From assembly GCF_006345805.1 (NCBI RefSeq), contig NC_043004.1, forward strand, positions 75,454,001-75,518,000: a stretch of 64,000 nt of DNA, written 5' to 3'. Position 1 is the first letter of the stretch, and every line of letters starts with the position of its first letter. A program made the position numbers and the translations under genes. Origin of the DNA: Octopus sinensis (taxonomy: Eukaryota). The notes under the pieces are model-generated. The model worked only from the letters and a program-made list of their open reading frames with translations. It ran no database searches and was not told the DNA's origin. This document shows, piece after piece, positions 34,831 through 49,723 of the stretch.

Positions 34831-35104
34831 CTGATCTGATAATGAAGTGAAGGTGTTTCAGTAGTGGAATATTATTGTGTATGTTATGCATATACTTCAT
34901 ATCTGGTGAAGATCTGTACCACATGGATCTTGCACATGTGATTGTTTCATGTTAAGTAATATTCTTTGCTATCTAAATGATTGAAGTGAGAATCTGATGC
35001 ATTCCTCAGGTTAGACAAAAGGCAGAAGGATAATGCATAATTGCACCATTTAGTGGTTTCTGCATTGGGAACTGTGCTTTTGACTGGTTGAGGGTGGGGT
35101 CAAT

Positions 35105-35503
35105 TTATTCATCAATAGAATATTTCTTTTTCAACACCTGAAATCTTTCTTTTGACTCAATATCGTCTTTTTGGGAAATATCAGAGGACAGTTTCTTAAA
35201 CAAATTATGACATTCTTTTAGTTCATTTGCATTCATAAATTGTAGACATAAGGAAAATCTTGAAGACTGACTAAGAATGTCTAGAATTTCAATAATTGCC
35301 AAGTGGTTCTCTTTAGAATAATATTCTTTAAGAACACATAATATTTCTCCTAAAAGTCCATTGGGTATTTCAGTTTTGAACTGAGCAGCCAGTTGCTCAG
35401 TTGTTATCAGCATTAGCATCTCATATTGGGACTGCTTGGAATTTTTATGGCGGCACCATTCTCTCACAAATTCATGGGAAGTCTTTGGTATTTTAATGGG
35501 AAC
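35105..35503 (-). CDS. CCDC103: CCDC103/DNAAF19 dynein assembly factor, coding exon 3 (RPAP3_C-like domain, stop)
   Basis: TTTTCAG| acceptor, phase 0; VPIKIPKTSHEFVREWCRH...FKTEIPNGLLGEIL...RFSLCLQFM...LFKKL matches the CCDC103 C-terminal domain. Confidence 0.92.
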   Translation of the reverse strand, partial: VPIKIPKTSHEFVREWCRHKNSKQSQYEMLMLITTEQLAAQFKTEIPNGLLGEILCVLKEYYSKENHLAIIEILDILSQSSRFSLCLQFMNANELKECHNLFKKLSSDISQKDDIESKERFQVLKKKYSIDE

Positions 35504-35849
35504 CTGAAAAAAAAATTTTTTTATAATTTTTAAAAGCCCAATGAAATGTTTTTAAATATACTACTGATGTACTGGGTGCAAGGCGTATTTGAAAACATTT
35601 AATTATTAGTATACTTCTCTCTTCAAACCAACTAAAAAGATTTTTATTTCCTTCAAACCCCCCATGGCAGATAAAATGCTAACACAAGAAAGGAAAAAAC
35701 ATGCAGTCTTTGTTGCCACATGTAGAACAGCAATTTAGAAATAAACAGCTTTCGAGACATGGCAAGATTTTCTCTAAACAAAGTTTGGATAAAATTGGAA
35801 GCATCTAGCAAGAATATTTTGACTGTATCAAAGAAAAAGAAACATTCTA

Positions 35850-36375
35850 AATGTTCAGATATTACAAGGGTCCAGAGTTAAAGCAAAGAATTCGAAATGT
35901 TATCAATAAGGACCCATTACTAAAGAACTTGAGGTGTCAAAGCAGACTACAAGAACTGCGGTGCACAAGGATATTCAATACAAGTCATATGAACCGCAGA
36001 GGGGTCACTTCATGTCTTCAAAGACAGGAAAGTCATTTGATCTATACCAAGTGGTTACTCAAGAATGATGAGGGCCCTCACAAATGTAACATGCTTTTAT
36101 TCTCTCTAAAATCAAAAGTCTATGCGGAGAAATGACAGATGGCTAAGAGCCAATCCTTCAGATGTCTCCCAAGTGATGCGTACTAAGTTTCTAGTAACTG
36201 CGATGGTTTTAGGGGTGGTGAGTAATGAAGGTCATATAATGCCAGCTCACATCTTTCCACAGAGTCACTGAATTAATGCTACCAGATATGTTGAGGTACT
36301 GGGAACAGTTGTTAAGCCCCGAATGGATGAATATGCAGTGAAAAGCCATATGCATTTCAACAAAACTCAGTACCT
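35850..36375 (+). mobile_element. Decayed Tc1/mariner (DD37D maT-like) transposase remnant in CCDC103 intron
   Basis: MVLGVVSNEGHIMPAHIFPQ...YVEVLGTVVKP resembles maT transposases. Confidence 0.6.
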
Positions 36376-36538
36376 TCTAACAAAGTCCATAAAACCCACA
36401 AATGGATTTCAGACAATCTTTATAACGATGTATTATCAAACTTGTGGCCTCCAAGCTTGCCTGATTAAAACAGTCATCAGCCGCCGGTGACACCAACGAC
36501 AATGAGAACAACAATAGTAAGAAAAGAATGACTCTTAC

Positions 36539-36680
36539 CTGGGTCTCTGTTTTCTCACAAGTTGTTGCCACTTGTTGAGAATTGCAAGATTTAGCGACTG
36601 TATTCCATGATTGCTTGAATTTCTCTTGGATTTTGTCCTCCTTTCCAAGTGGTTTCAAATGGGAAGCCTCTACGATATCC
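36539..36680 (-). CDS. CCDC103: CCDC103/DNAAF19 coding exon 2
   Basis: TTTACAG|G acceptor completes Arg (phase 2); DIVEASHLKPLGKEDK...SWN; donor CAG|GTAAGA. Confidence 0.93.
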
Positions 36681-38954
36681 CTGTAAAATATCAGAATGAC
36701 CGAATACCTAAATGCATGATGGAACTTCATAAATATAGACATATCAAATACATTTTATTTATTCGTGTATCACATGAATTGTTTTTCATGATCAGGTAAT
36801 TTTTCTTGATTCTGATATTTAAAATAGTTGCAAAGCACCATCCGTACATGGCCAGTGCCAGTGCCGCCTGACTGGCTTCTGTGCTGGTGGCATGTAAAAA
36901 GCACCATCTGATTATGGCTGAGGCTAGTGCTGGCTGACTGGCTCCCATTCCCGTACCAGTGGCACGTAAAAGCACCCACTACACTCTCAGAGTGGTTGGC
37001 GTTAGGAAGGGCATCCAGCTGTAGAAACATTGCCAGATCAGATTGGAGCCTGGTGTGGCCTCCCTGGCTTGCCAGTCCCCAGTCAAACCATCCAAACCAT
37101 GCCAGCATGGAAAATGGACATATGATGATGGTGGTGGTGGGGGTGGGGGTGGTGGTGATGGTGGTGATGGTAGTGGTAATGATGATGATGATGATGATGA
37201 GGAGGAGGAGGAGGATGAGCTTGATTTCAAACTTGCTTTCTCGTTTCCAATGCATTCTATACAGCTATTCTAATGTAACTTAAACTGGCCCTCCATCAGT
37301 TATGATGACGAGTGTTCCGGTTGGTCTGATTGATGGAACAGCCTACTCATGAAATTAATGTGCATGTGGCTGAGTACTCCACGGACACAACACATGTACC
37401 CTTAGGGTAGTTCTCAGGCATATTCAGCATAACATAATGTAACAAGGTTAGCCCTTTCAAATACATGTACAGCCTATTTTTGCCAGCTGAGTGGACTGGA
37501 GCAACGTGAAATAAAGTGTCTTGCTCAAGGACACAATGCATCGCCGGGAATTGAACTCAAGACCTTACAATTATGAACTGAACCACACACTTTCACATAA
37601 TGTAATTATGTAATTTACTTTACCAACACATCATAAAACTAAAAAAAGTCAGTGCACTACCTTGATACTTAATATCATCATCATCATCATCATCATCATT
37701 TAACATCCACTTTCCATGCCTGCATAGGTTGGACGATTTGACTGAGGACTAGCGAACCAGATGGCTGCACCAGGCTCCAACCTGATCTGGTAGAGTTTCT
37801 ACAGCTGGATACCCTTACTAACGCCAACCCCTCAGAGAGTGTAGTGGGTACTTTTACATGCCACCGGCACGAGGGCCAGTCTGGCGGTATTGGCAACGGC
37901 CACACTCGAAAATGGTGTTTTTTATGTGCCACCTGCACAGGAGTCAATCCAGCGGCACTGGCAACAACCTTGCTCGAATGTTTTGTTCACGTGCCACCGG
38001 CACAAATGCCAGTAAGGCGACGCTGGTTACAATTACACTCAAATGGTGCTTTTTATGTGCCACCGGCATGGAAGCCAGACAGCTGCTCTGGCAGTGATCC
38101 CGCTCAGATGGAGCTGTCAGCGCTCCAGTTGCACAGGTGCCAGTCATCGAACTTGGTTCAATTTCGATTAATAATACTAATAATTTTTCTACAACGGGTA
38201 CAAGGCCTGAAATTTGTGGGGAGAAGGGATACTCAATTATATCACCCTCGGTGCTTAAATAGCACCCCCTAAAGGGGGGAGCTATTTTTCAGACCCCAAA
38301 AGGCTGAAAGGAAAAATCGATATCAGTGGAATTTGAACTCAGAACATTAAAAAAAACAAAAAAAATGCCACTGAGCATTTTGTCCAGAACAATTCTGCCA
38401 GACTGTTGCAGCAGTAGTAGTAGTAGTAGTGGTGGTGCTGGTGCTGGTGGTAATAGTAGTAGTAGTAGTAGTAGTAACAATAATCTGCTCCATTATTACC
38501 GGTTTATCATATTACTATTACAACTTACGTCACTTTCATTAATGCATTATCTTCATTATCGTTTTCCTGGCTATTTTCTACCCCAGCACCAGGTACCAGT
38601 GTCCTCAGCTCACCCTCATGCCATAACATCCACCGTCCATGTCAGAGATAAGCAGATACAGTCAAAAATAATGATCACCTACATTTGAAATTTTGCAGTG
38701 TTTAGTTCATCACCTCACTGCTTTGAGTTCAAATCTCACCGAGGACAACTTTGTTTATCATTCCCAACATGGGGCATCTGTGTTCTTTGGTAGTAAGCTT
38801 AATCTCCCATCTATTTACAACCACCACCACCACCACCATCAGAACGATGACTTACACATTCCTTCATAATATATATCCCAGTGGATTTAAACATAAATAT
38901 GCTAATCCCTTTTGTATTTTATCATCAGAGAACGACACATTTGATTCAATAGAG

Positions 38955-39496
38955 CAGCGTTTCTCAACCAGGATTCCCCAGAACCCTAGGGTTCTGCAAA
39001 AAGTTCCAAGGGCTTCCACAAGATGAGTGAGATAAGCTAATGCTAATTTCATCGAAATCAAATTCAATGACTGGCATCCGTGCTAGTGGAACACTAAGAG
39101 CACCATCTGAGTGTGATCATTGCCAGAGCAGCTAACTGGCTTCCATGCTGATGGCACATAAAAAGCACCACTCGAGCATGATCGTTACCTGCGTTGCCTT
39201 ACTGGCAGGTGAAAAAACATTTGAGCAAGGTCATTGCCAGTGCCACTGGACTGGCTCTTGTGCAGGTAGCACGTAAAAAACACCATTTGAGCATGGCCAT
39301 TGCCAGTACCACCTGACTGGCCTTCATGCCGGTGGCATGTTAAACCACCCACTACACTCTCGGAGTGATTGGTGTTAGGAAGGGCATCCAGCTGTAGAAA
39401 CTCTGCCAGATCAGACTGGAGCCCGGTGCAGCCATCTGGTTCAGCAGTCCTCAGTCAAATCATCATACCCATGCTAGCATGGAAAGCAGACGTTAA

Positions 39497-39527
<31 letters not shown>

Positions 39528-39619
39528 GTTTTAGGATTTGTCCATTTGTGAAATAACATCTAAACTGAAATTCAAATGCACAAATTTAATTTCCGTGACC
39601 CATAGTTTAAGAAGCGCTG
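38955..39619. mobile_element. hAT-like MITE interrupted by a family C RTE fragment
   Basis: Ends CAGCGTTTCTCAA and TTAAGAAGCGCTG. Family C copy at about 39050-39520 lies inside. Confidence 0.5.
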
Positions 39620-40539
39620 GTCTAGTGGTTAGAGTCTGGACTGGGTGGTGGATTGTGTTCTGGAACAACACTCATCCTTTCACATTATTACAATCATTTC
39701 AGCTGTGAGTGAGCCCCACCACTAACAGGGGAGTTACTACTCTGGTGGGCTGGCATCCAGTTCAGGGGGAAAATGTTGTAATTTCAGTCATTATATGTCA
39801 GGGAAATTGGGTTCAGCCCTGGCCTTATTAGTCCCAGAACTGACAGAAAAAAAAGAAAACTTAAGCATGGTTGTGTGGTAAGAAGTTAGCTTGCCAATCA
39901 CAGAGTTCCAGGTTCAGTCCCCTAGTATAGCACTAGGAAAGTGTCTTCTACTATGGCCTTCAACTATGGCCTTCTACTATGGCCTCTTCTATGTCTTCTA
40001 CCAACACTGTGACTAGATTTAGTAGATGGAAACTGAAAGAAGCCTATCATATGTGTGTGTGTGTGTCTTTGTATCTGTGTTTGCCCTCCACTACCACTTG
40101 ACAACCGGTGTTGGTTTGTTATGTTCCAATAACACAGCAGTTCAGTGAAAGAGGCTTTAAAAAAATTGAGTACTGGGGTTGATTTATTCGACTAAAAATT
40201 CTCCAAAACAGTGCCCCAGAATGGCCGCAGTCTAATGACTGAAACAAGAAACAAATAAATGATGGAAAATAAAGACGAGTCTAAGAAAACATCAAAGACA
40301 CAATTTCAATTTAATTATTCCACCCCACCCCACCCCGAAGTGACAAGAAGATGCTAACCTAACAGGAAAAGGGTTAAAGAAAATGTTCCGTTTGTGTATC
40401 ACAATAGTAAATAGTAAGTTAAATAAGATGCTTAATGCTTCTGGTTTTTGCTTTGATACAGCAAATAATGTCTTCTTTTAAACATTGAGATCCTTACAAA
40501 GAAATTATATCAGACTAATGGAACATGGCAGGCATTGGA

Positions 40540-42190
<1,651 letters not shown>

Positions 42191-42480
42191 GCAAAATTAC
42201 TAAATAAATATATATAAACAGATAGGTAAATAGTAAAGTAAAAAAAAAAAACAAAGAAAACAAGTAGGTGTTTTGTCATTTTTTTTTTTCCTAAAATGTC
42301 ACAAAGTTAAATTGAAAGAATTAGATTAAAGGAATAACTTCAGTCAGGAATATCACAGAAAAACACTTTAAAATCAAACAACTGACTTATAACACAATTG
42401 AGATTACTATAACCCTCTGATTTCTTTGTGACTGTTTTTATGTTTATATCCATACATACATATTTTACATATATATATAT

Positions 42481-42516
<36 letters not shown>

Positions 42517-42723
42517 GTTTAACGTCCCTTCTCCATGCTAGCATGGGTTGGACAGTTCGACCGGGGATCTGGGAAGCCAGAAGGCTGCGCCAGGCTCCAG
42601 TCTTATCTGGCAATGTTTCTACAGCTGGATGCCCTTCCTAACACCAACCACTCCGTGAGTGTAGTGGGTGCTTTTTACGTGCCACCTGCACAGATGCCAG
42701 GCGAGGCTGGCAACGGCCACGGT

Positions 42724-42765
<42 letters not shown>

Positions 42766-42771
42766 TACCAA

Positions 42772-43095
42772 GGGTACGAGAGGTATTGCTGTCTAGAAGA
42801 CCCAAAGATTGTCGGGTAACACTAAGTAAGTGCTATGGACAGACCATAGTTAAACTCTTGGTTCGATAATGATACGAGTGAGAAGACTAATGTGGGTCTT
42901 TTATTAGTATGCTTCTATATATTAGACAGAATGAGATAACAAAGCCGAGGCTGTGGGGACTCAGATATTTTCTCACACAATCTCTGATGAAGGGATATCC
43001 ATAATATCACAGAAACAGCTGTAAGACTATTTCATTATAAATGTCCTGGAAACTCCTCACAGCCTTGGATTTGTTATCTCATTCTGTATAACACA
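42772..43095. mobile_element. Penelope-like element remnant with inverted pLTR pieces and a hammerhead motif
   Basis: 42772-42960 is the reverse complement of the tail seen at 50890-51040, and 42965-43095 is the forward copy. Confidence 0.68.
42981..43026 (+). ncRNA. Minimal type I hammerhead ribozyme motif
   Basis: TCT CTGATGA A GGGATA tccataa TATCAC A GAAAC AGCT GT A AGA. Palindromic stem III (ACAGCTGT), GUA triplet. Confidence 0.62.
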
Positions 43096-43109
43096 CACAC
43101 ACACACACA

Positions 43110-43425
43110 TATATTCAGGACCAGGTACTGAAATAGACTAGGGTTCAAAGGCGCACAGCTCTTCAATGCCCTGCCACAAAAATTAAGAAATCTGCATAAG
43201 GTGGACGCAGATGTCTTCAAAAAGGAACTAGACATCCCCCTCTCTTCAATAGCAGATGAACCAACAGCCCAACAACTCCTTTATACACCAAATAGACCAA
43301 CAGCAGGGTAAAAGGCATATGCAAGAGTGGTGATGTGAAACATCACAGACTGAGGAAATCAGAGAGACCACAGTGGTACTCCAGCGTGACAGCAGCCACA
43401 TGGCTGAAATGAGTATAAGAGTATA
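43110..43425 (+). mobile_element. CR1-clade LINE 3' end
   Basis: GAQLFNALPQKLRNLHKVDADVFKKELD..LSSIADEP then tail GTGGTACTCCAGCGTGACAGCAGCCACATGGCTGAAA. Confidence 0.75.
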
Positions 43426-43499
43426 TAAACATATATCATCATCATCATCACCATGATATATGTTTATATACTCTTATACTCATTTCAGCCATGTGGCTG
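43393..43499. repeat. Perfect 47-bp inverted repeat with 13-nt spacer
   Basis: 43393-43439 is the exact reverse complement of 43453-43499. Confidence 0.93.
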
Positions 43500-43535
43500 A
43501 ATATATATATAAATAATTATATATATGTATGAATG

Positions 43536-43578
<43 letters not shown>

Positions 43579-43614
43579 ATGTGTGTGTGTGTGTATGTAT
43601 ATTTATATATATAT

Positions 43615-43646
<32 letters not shown>

Positions 43647-43659
43647 CATACACAGACAG

Positions 43660-43692
<33 letters not shown>

Positions 43693-43769
43693 AGCATGAT
43701 GTTAAATGATGATGATGATGATGATGATATATACATATACATATGTGTGTGTGTGTGTAAATCAACTGT

Positions 43770-44230
43770 GTTACCAATATTGACCTCATTATCAGATGTT
43801 GTTCTAGACTGTTCTTTCCAATGCACTTCCAATTCTTCCTTGATGGCACTATTCTTTCCCCATCTTGTCCCAAACTGTTTTACTAAACTGTTATCATTCC
43901 ATCATCATGAAGGCCTCTTGAATGGTCTTTTCTGATCCCTTATTGTGCCACTCAGCAGCTGCACAGGTCCACCCATTGTCTGTAAACCTTGAAACAAATC
44001 CAACGTAGTGGAACTTATGTTTGTGGTTTTTCTGCAACCATGTTGTTCCCTCTGCTTTGTTCTTGAACCACCCCATTTCGGATATGCTCTTGCAGTTTTA
44101 TTCCTAGCACAGATCTTTCCATAGTCCCTTATGTTATGACCAATTGATGTTCTTCTCCCTACATAGGAACCCACACTTCACTTTTGTATAAGAATGCAGT
44201 TATGACAGTGTTATTGAAGAGACTTAGGAG
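43770..44230 (-). mobile_element. Decayed RTE LINE ORF2 C-terminal fragment (second RTE lineage)
   Basis: LYKSEVW...TMERSVLGIKLQEHIRN...KFHYVGFVSRFTDNGWT. Confidence 0.62.
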
Positions 44231-44640
44231 TGGCTGTGTGGTAAGTACCTTGCTTACCAACCACATGGTTCTGGGTTCTGTCCCACTGTGTGACACCTTG
44301 GGCAAGTGTCTTCTACTATAGCCTCTGCCGACCAAAGCCTTGTGAGTGGATTTGATAGATGGAAACTGAAAGAAGCCCATCATATATATGTATACATATA
44401 TATGTATGTATGTGCGTATATGTTTGTGTGTCTGTGTTTGTCCCCCCAACATCGCTTGACAACCGATGCTGGTGTGTTTATGTCCCCGTAACTTAGCGAT
44501 TTGGCAAAAGAGACCAATAGAATAAGTACTAGGCTTACAAAGAATAAGTCCTGGGGTCAATTCGATCAGCTAAAGGCGGTGTTCCAGCATGGCTACAGTC
44601 AAATGACTGAAAAAAGTAAAAGAGTAAAAAGAGAAAAGAG
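44226..44640 (+). mobile_element. SINE family B, full length
   Basis: Head to (GTAAAAGA)n tail. Other copies near 39860, 47428, 55900, 58905 and 63345. Confidence 0.82.
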
Positions 44641-45650
44641 AGATACCATCTGATCTAGCTTTGCTTTGAACACATCGTTTACCAAATCTAATGCCATCCA
44701 TCCTGCCCTCATTCTCCTCCAGCTTTTAATGTCTATGTTTTAGCACATATTCATCTCCCCAATTTCATTGCTTCCTAACTCTGTCAAGCCTTGCGCTACA
44801 TCGTTGGACCACATGTATTTTGCTTTAATGCCATTCATTTTAAGGCCTACAAAATCAGGAAGAGATAAATACCCTCACACACACACATCAGTTGATGGAG
44901 GGAGGGAGGGAGGGAAGGATGGATGAATGGATGGATGGCTGGATGGATGGATCAATGGGTGGGTGGATGCAAAAATGTGTGCATGTGTGTGTGTGTATAT
45001 ATATATGCAGAGAAAGAGGGGAAGAGAGAGAGAGAGCCATGCAGCTTTTTACAGTAAGAACTTAACCTACTCCATTCCTTCTCTCACAGTTTACCCCCTT
45101 GACCCCTAACATAAAACCAACCCACCGTCCATGAGATTCATAGTCTTGTGAGCTCAACAGTGATCTCATTAGTGCTAGTGGCATGAAAAAAAGCCCCAAT
45201 TACACACTTTAAAGTGGTTAGTTTTAGGAAGAGCATCCAGTCATAGAAACCATGCTAAAACAAGGTGGCGAGCTGGCAGAAATGTTAGCACACCAGGCGA
45301 AATGCTTAGAGGTATTTCGTCTGCCATTACATTCTGAGTTCAAATTGATTTTGCCCTTCATCCTTTTGGGGTCGATAAATTAAATACCCAGTTACACACT
45401 GGGGTCGCTATAATCGACTTAATTCCTTTGTCTGTCCTTGTTTGTGCCCTCTATGTTTAGCCCCTTGTGGGCAATAAAGAAATAAGAAACCATGCCAAAA
45501 CAGACACTGGAGCATAATGAAGTTGTTGGACCCGCTGAAACCTGCCAAGTCATGAAAACCCTTCCAGAATGAATCATGGAATTTAAATCATCATGTATTA
45601 TCATCATCATCATGGTTTAATGTCCGCCTTCCATGCTAGCATGGGTGGGA

Positions 45651-45700
<50 letters not shown>

Positions 45701-45907
45701 AAAGAAAAAAACAAAAATGGAGATTGGGAAGTTAATTATTTATTATTGACACTAAATTAATCATCATCCCTTACAGCTGTTTCCAATAATACTCAGTATT
45801 ACTAAATTTATATGACCTGAGAATAATATCTTCAGAGGGGAAAAATATACCCTTGGATGTTTTGTATGTGTTTATGGATTCATTATAGCAGACCATATGC
45901 TTTTTAT

Positions 45908-45948
<41 letters not shown>

Positions 45949-46181
45949 CCTATTATTTTAAGGAAATTAATTCCCAAAAATACTAGGTATTGAACCAGTA
46001 TTTTCTTGGATGAAACCATCCCTTCATGAGGTTAACACAACCTCTGATCAAATTTGCATACAAAACAAACTTCCATGGAGTTTCTGTCTACCAATTTCAC
46101 TCACAAGGCATTGGTCAGCCTGAAAAAACAGTAAAAAGATTGCCCAAGGTGTTGCACTGGGATTGAACTTAAGACCACATG

Positions 46182-46218
<37 letters not shown>

Positions 46219-46948
46219 TGTGTGTGTGTGTGTCTGTGTGTGTGTGTGTGTGTGTAGAATTAGACATATATTTATATTTTACCTGATTAAAACAATATTT
46301 CTATGTAAGTAGGATTTAATCTTAATTTTTATCTTTGTAAAAATATGCAAGAAAATTATCTTTCTGATTTTTTTCTTTTTGTATGCCAAGGATGACCAGA
46401 AAAAGCCTTTCATGACTTGAGCAATAATACATAATTTGTAATTTGAGAAGTAGTTCATTATTCTTATCTCTCGTGTTTATGTTGTAGGACTTCGGGATTA
46501 TCAGGGAACTCACTTTAATGGCTTCATACTATATCATCATCATCATCATCATCAATTAAAGTCCACTTCCCATGCTAGCATGGGTTGGACAATTGACTGA
46601 GGGCTGGCAAACCAGATGGCTGCACCAGGCTCCAGTCTTGATCTGGCAGAGTTTCTACAGCTGGATGCCCTTCCTAACACCAACCACTCCAAGAGTGTAG
46701 TGGATGCTTTTACGTGCCACTGGCACAGGGGCCAGTCAGGCGGTACTGGCAATGACCTCGCTCAAATCCTTTACACATGCCACCGGCACAGGTGCCAATA
46801 AGGTGATGCTGGTAATGATCACACTCGAATGGTGTCATTTACATGCCACCGGCACGGAGGCCAGATAGCCGCTCTGGCAATGATCACGTTCGGATGGTAA
46901 CATATTAAAAAATAAATAAAATAAAAAATAAAATAAAATGTAGTGTTT

Positions 46949-46979
<31 letters not shown>

Positions 46980-47284
46980 CTGTTGTTGTTTGGCCTTTGG
47001 TCAGTCTTCATTGAGAGTGGACTTATAATCCAAGGAGTTCTAGCCATGGCCATCTCATCGAGGACAGCATTGTCCAAAGCATCCTCCTTTCTAAAAAAAC
47101 ACTAAAGTGTGATTTGAGGCAGAGTTAGCTGCTATTACTAGCACGTTGAGCAATTCCAGAGAGGCTTCCTCCACAGAATTGTTGGTATTTTTTTTAACCC
47201 CAGGTCAGCAGTGATCTTTGGTCATAATTATTTTTTCATAATTCTGCTGAACTAAGGATCACCCAAGGCTAATGACAGGAACAT

Positions 47285-48255
47285 TTAACCCTTTAGTATT
47301 CCGATAGGCCATATTTGGCCAAAATATTCTACCTGCCTTATGCTCCACCCAGCCAAATCTGACCACGCATATCTTACCTTAGTATGTCATTCAAAAACTA
47401 AACAATCCTGAAACTAAACAAACTATAGGTGTAGGAGTGGCTGTGTGGTAAGTAGCTTGCTTACCAACCACATGGTTACGGGTTCAGTCTTACTGCGGAG
47501 CACCTTGGGCAAGTGTCTTCTACTATAGAGTCAAGCCGACCAAAGTCTTGTGAGTGGATTTGGTAGATGGAAACTGAAAGAAGCGCGATGTATATATGTA
47601 TGTGTGTGTGTGTGGAGGCACAATGGCCCAGTGGTTAAGGAAGCAGACTCGTGGTTGTGGGATTGCGGTTTTGATTCCCAGACCAGGCGTTGTGAGTGTT
47701 TATTGAGTGTAAACACCTAAAGCTCCACGAGGCTCCGGCAGGGGGGGGGGGGGCATCCCTGCTGTACTCTTTCACCACAACTTTCTCTCACTCTTTCTTC
47801 TGTTGGCCTGCTCGCTTAGCCAGCTGGGTGGCATCATTTGAAGGCTAAAACAATGTGAAGCGCATTGTGACCAGCAATGTGTAGCAACATCTGATAGCCT
47901 GGTCAGTCACAATGATCACAGTGATATGTATATGTATGTATGTGTGTATGTGTTTGTGTGTTTGTGTTTGTCCTCCCAACATCGCTTGACAACTGATGCT
48001 GGTGTGTTTACGTCCCTGTAAGCAGTTCAGCAAAAGAAAAACCAATAGAATAAGTAATAGGTTTACAAAGAATAAGTCCTGGGGTCGATTTGCTCAACTA
48101 AAGGCGGTGCTCCAGCATGGCCACAGTAAAATGACTGAAACAAGTAAAAGAGTAATCACATCATTGAAATCTTGAAGCTATGAAATATTGCATGTTTAAT
48201 TGAAAACAGCCTGAATAAATGAGCAATACATTCGACAGGGGAATGTGAAGGTTAA
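47285..48255. mobile_element. piggyBac-like MITE carrying a nested SINE B, which itself carries a nested tRNA SINE (47614-47915)
   Basis: TTAACCCTTTAGTATTC and GAATGTGAAGGTTAA ends. SINE B 47428-48152 is split at its internal (TG)n. Confidence 0.6.
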
Positions 48256-48738
48256 AGAGTTAAACATGTAATTATTTTAAATTACATTTTGAAAGCTGCA
48301 TGTCTTTTATATACTTCAACCAGAAACTGGCAGTAGGGGCAGTTTGCAGCTTGAGACAAGCAGAGTTATGTGTCCTGCCTATTGGCAAACACAAAGACTT
48401 TGAAGTGAAGTTTAAATTAATAACCATTATTGGCAAATTTCACCAATTTCATGTCTATAATTCTGCTGATTTACTAGAAAAATTTATGAGAAATTTTAAT
48501 TAACTAATCAGTAATTTAGTGGGAAAAAAATAAAAGACAAGTCTAAGACTAAATTAAGTGTAAATAGCAAAAAAGAAAAACTTATAGAAACAAAACAGGA
48601 AAAACAAATAAGTTAAATATTAAGGATTAATGGTTAATGATTTATGGTACCAGCACAAATTCATAGGGTGGAGGGGAAAATATAAATGAGTGAGTCGTTT
48701 GGTTTGGACTTGATGCTAATTACTATTAGACCTCTTAA

Positions 48739-49201
48739 TCATTTTTATACCAACTTGGCTCAAACCAGCTCTGGCTCTGTAGTACAAATGCCTTGTTTGC
48801 AAAAGTTTTGTATTAAAATCTTCCACCAAACCTTAGTCACAATTTATTTTCCTAACACTAGCTGAATGATAACTAAGTTATTTTACTAAAATCTTTGTTA
48901 TATTTAAAGCAATTGAAAGAAACACAGAGCATCTCAAAATAAATACAGTAACGAAAGGGTTAAAGTTGGAGATAGAATAAGGCCTTTTGATACCAAACTG
49001 GCTGAAACCACCTCTGGCTCTGTAGTACAAATGTCTTGTTTCCATAAGTTTTGGATTAAAATCTTCCACCAAACCTTAGTCACAATTTATGTTCCTAACA
49101 CTAGCTTAATGATGACGAGGTCATTTTACTAAATTCTTTGTTATATATAAAATTAATTGAAAGAAATACAGCATCTCAACAGATATATGGTAATAAAAGG
49201 G
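48739..49201. mobile_element. Two tandem copies of the piggyBac-like MITE seen at 24137
   Basis: Each aligns with 24137-24356 and ends AAAGGG|TTAA. Confidence 0.78.
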
Positions 49202-49336
49202 TTAAAGGATGACATGCAAAAACTTAAACTCAGAAAAGAGTGAGAGAGAGATAGATGAGACTGAATAATGTAAGGTATTTTAATTTGCATTCTACAGCAA
49301 AGGTGATGATGATAATGATGGAGGTGGTGGTGATAG

Positions 49337-49370
<34 letters not shown>

Positions 49371-49574
49371 TGTGGTGGTGGTAGTAGTAGTGATGGTGGC
49401 AGTGGTGGTGCCAGTCACATTCTCTAATACTGGCAGACATCCATACATTTATGGAAGGAGAGGTGTTTTGGTTGAATCCATCAATCCCCAAACTCTGTTA
49501 CTGAACCATCTTATCAATTCAGGAAAAAAAAGCACAGAAAGCCACAAAGCAAAAACCAAATTCCAAACAATTAC

Positions 49575-49723
49575 CTGAATTCTTCATAACTTGCAACTTT
49601 CTGTCTCACAGCTCGAAATTTGGCATCATTTTCCCTCCAATATTTTTCATCTAGTTCCACAGCAGTTTTAAGTTCTTTATCCAAAGATTTAAAGTCAAAG
49701 CTGTCCGCATCATAAGAAGTCAT
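49575..49723 (-). CDS. CCDC103: CCDC103/DNAAF19 coding exon 1 (dynein attachment factor N-terminal domain)
   Basis: TTTTTGCAG|ATG; [50 protein letters not shown] matches the CCDC103 N-terminus; donor AG|GTAATT, phase 2. Confidence 0.95.
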
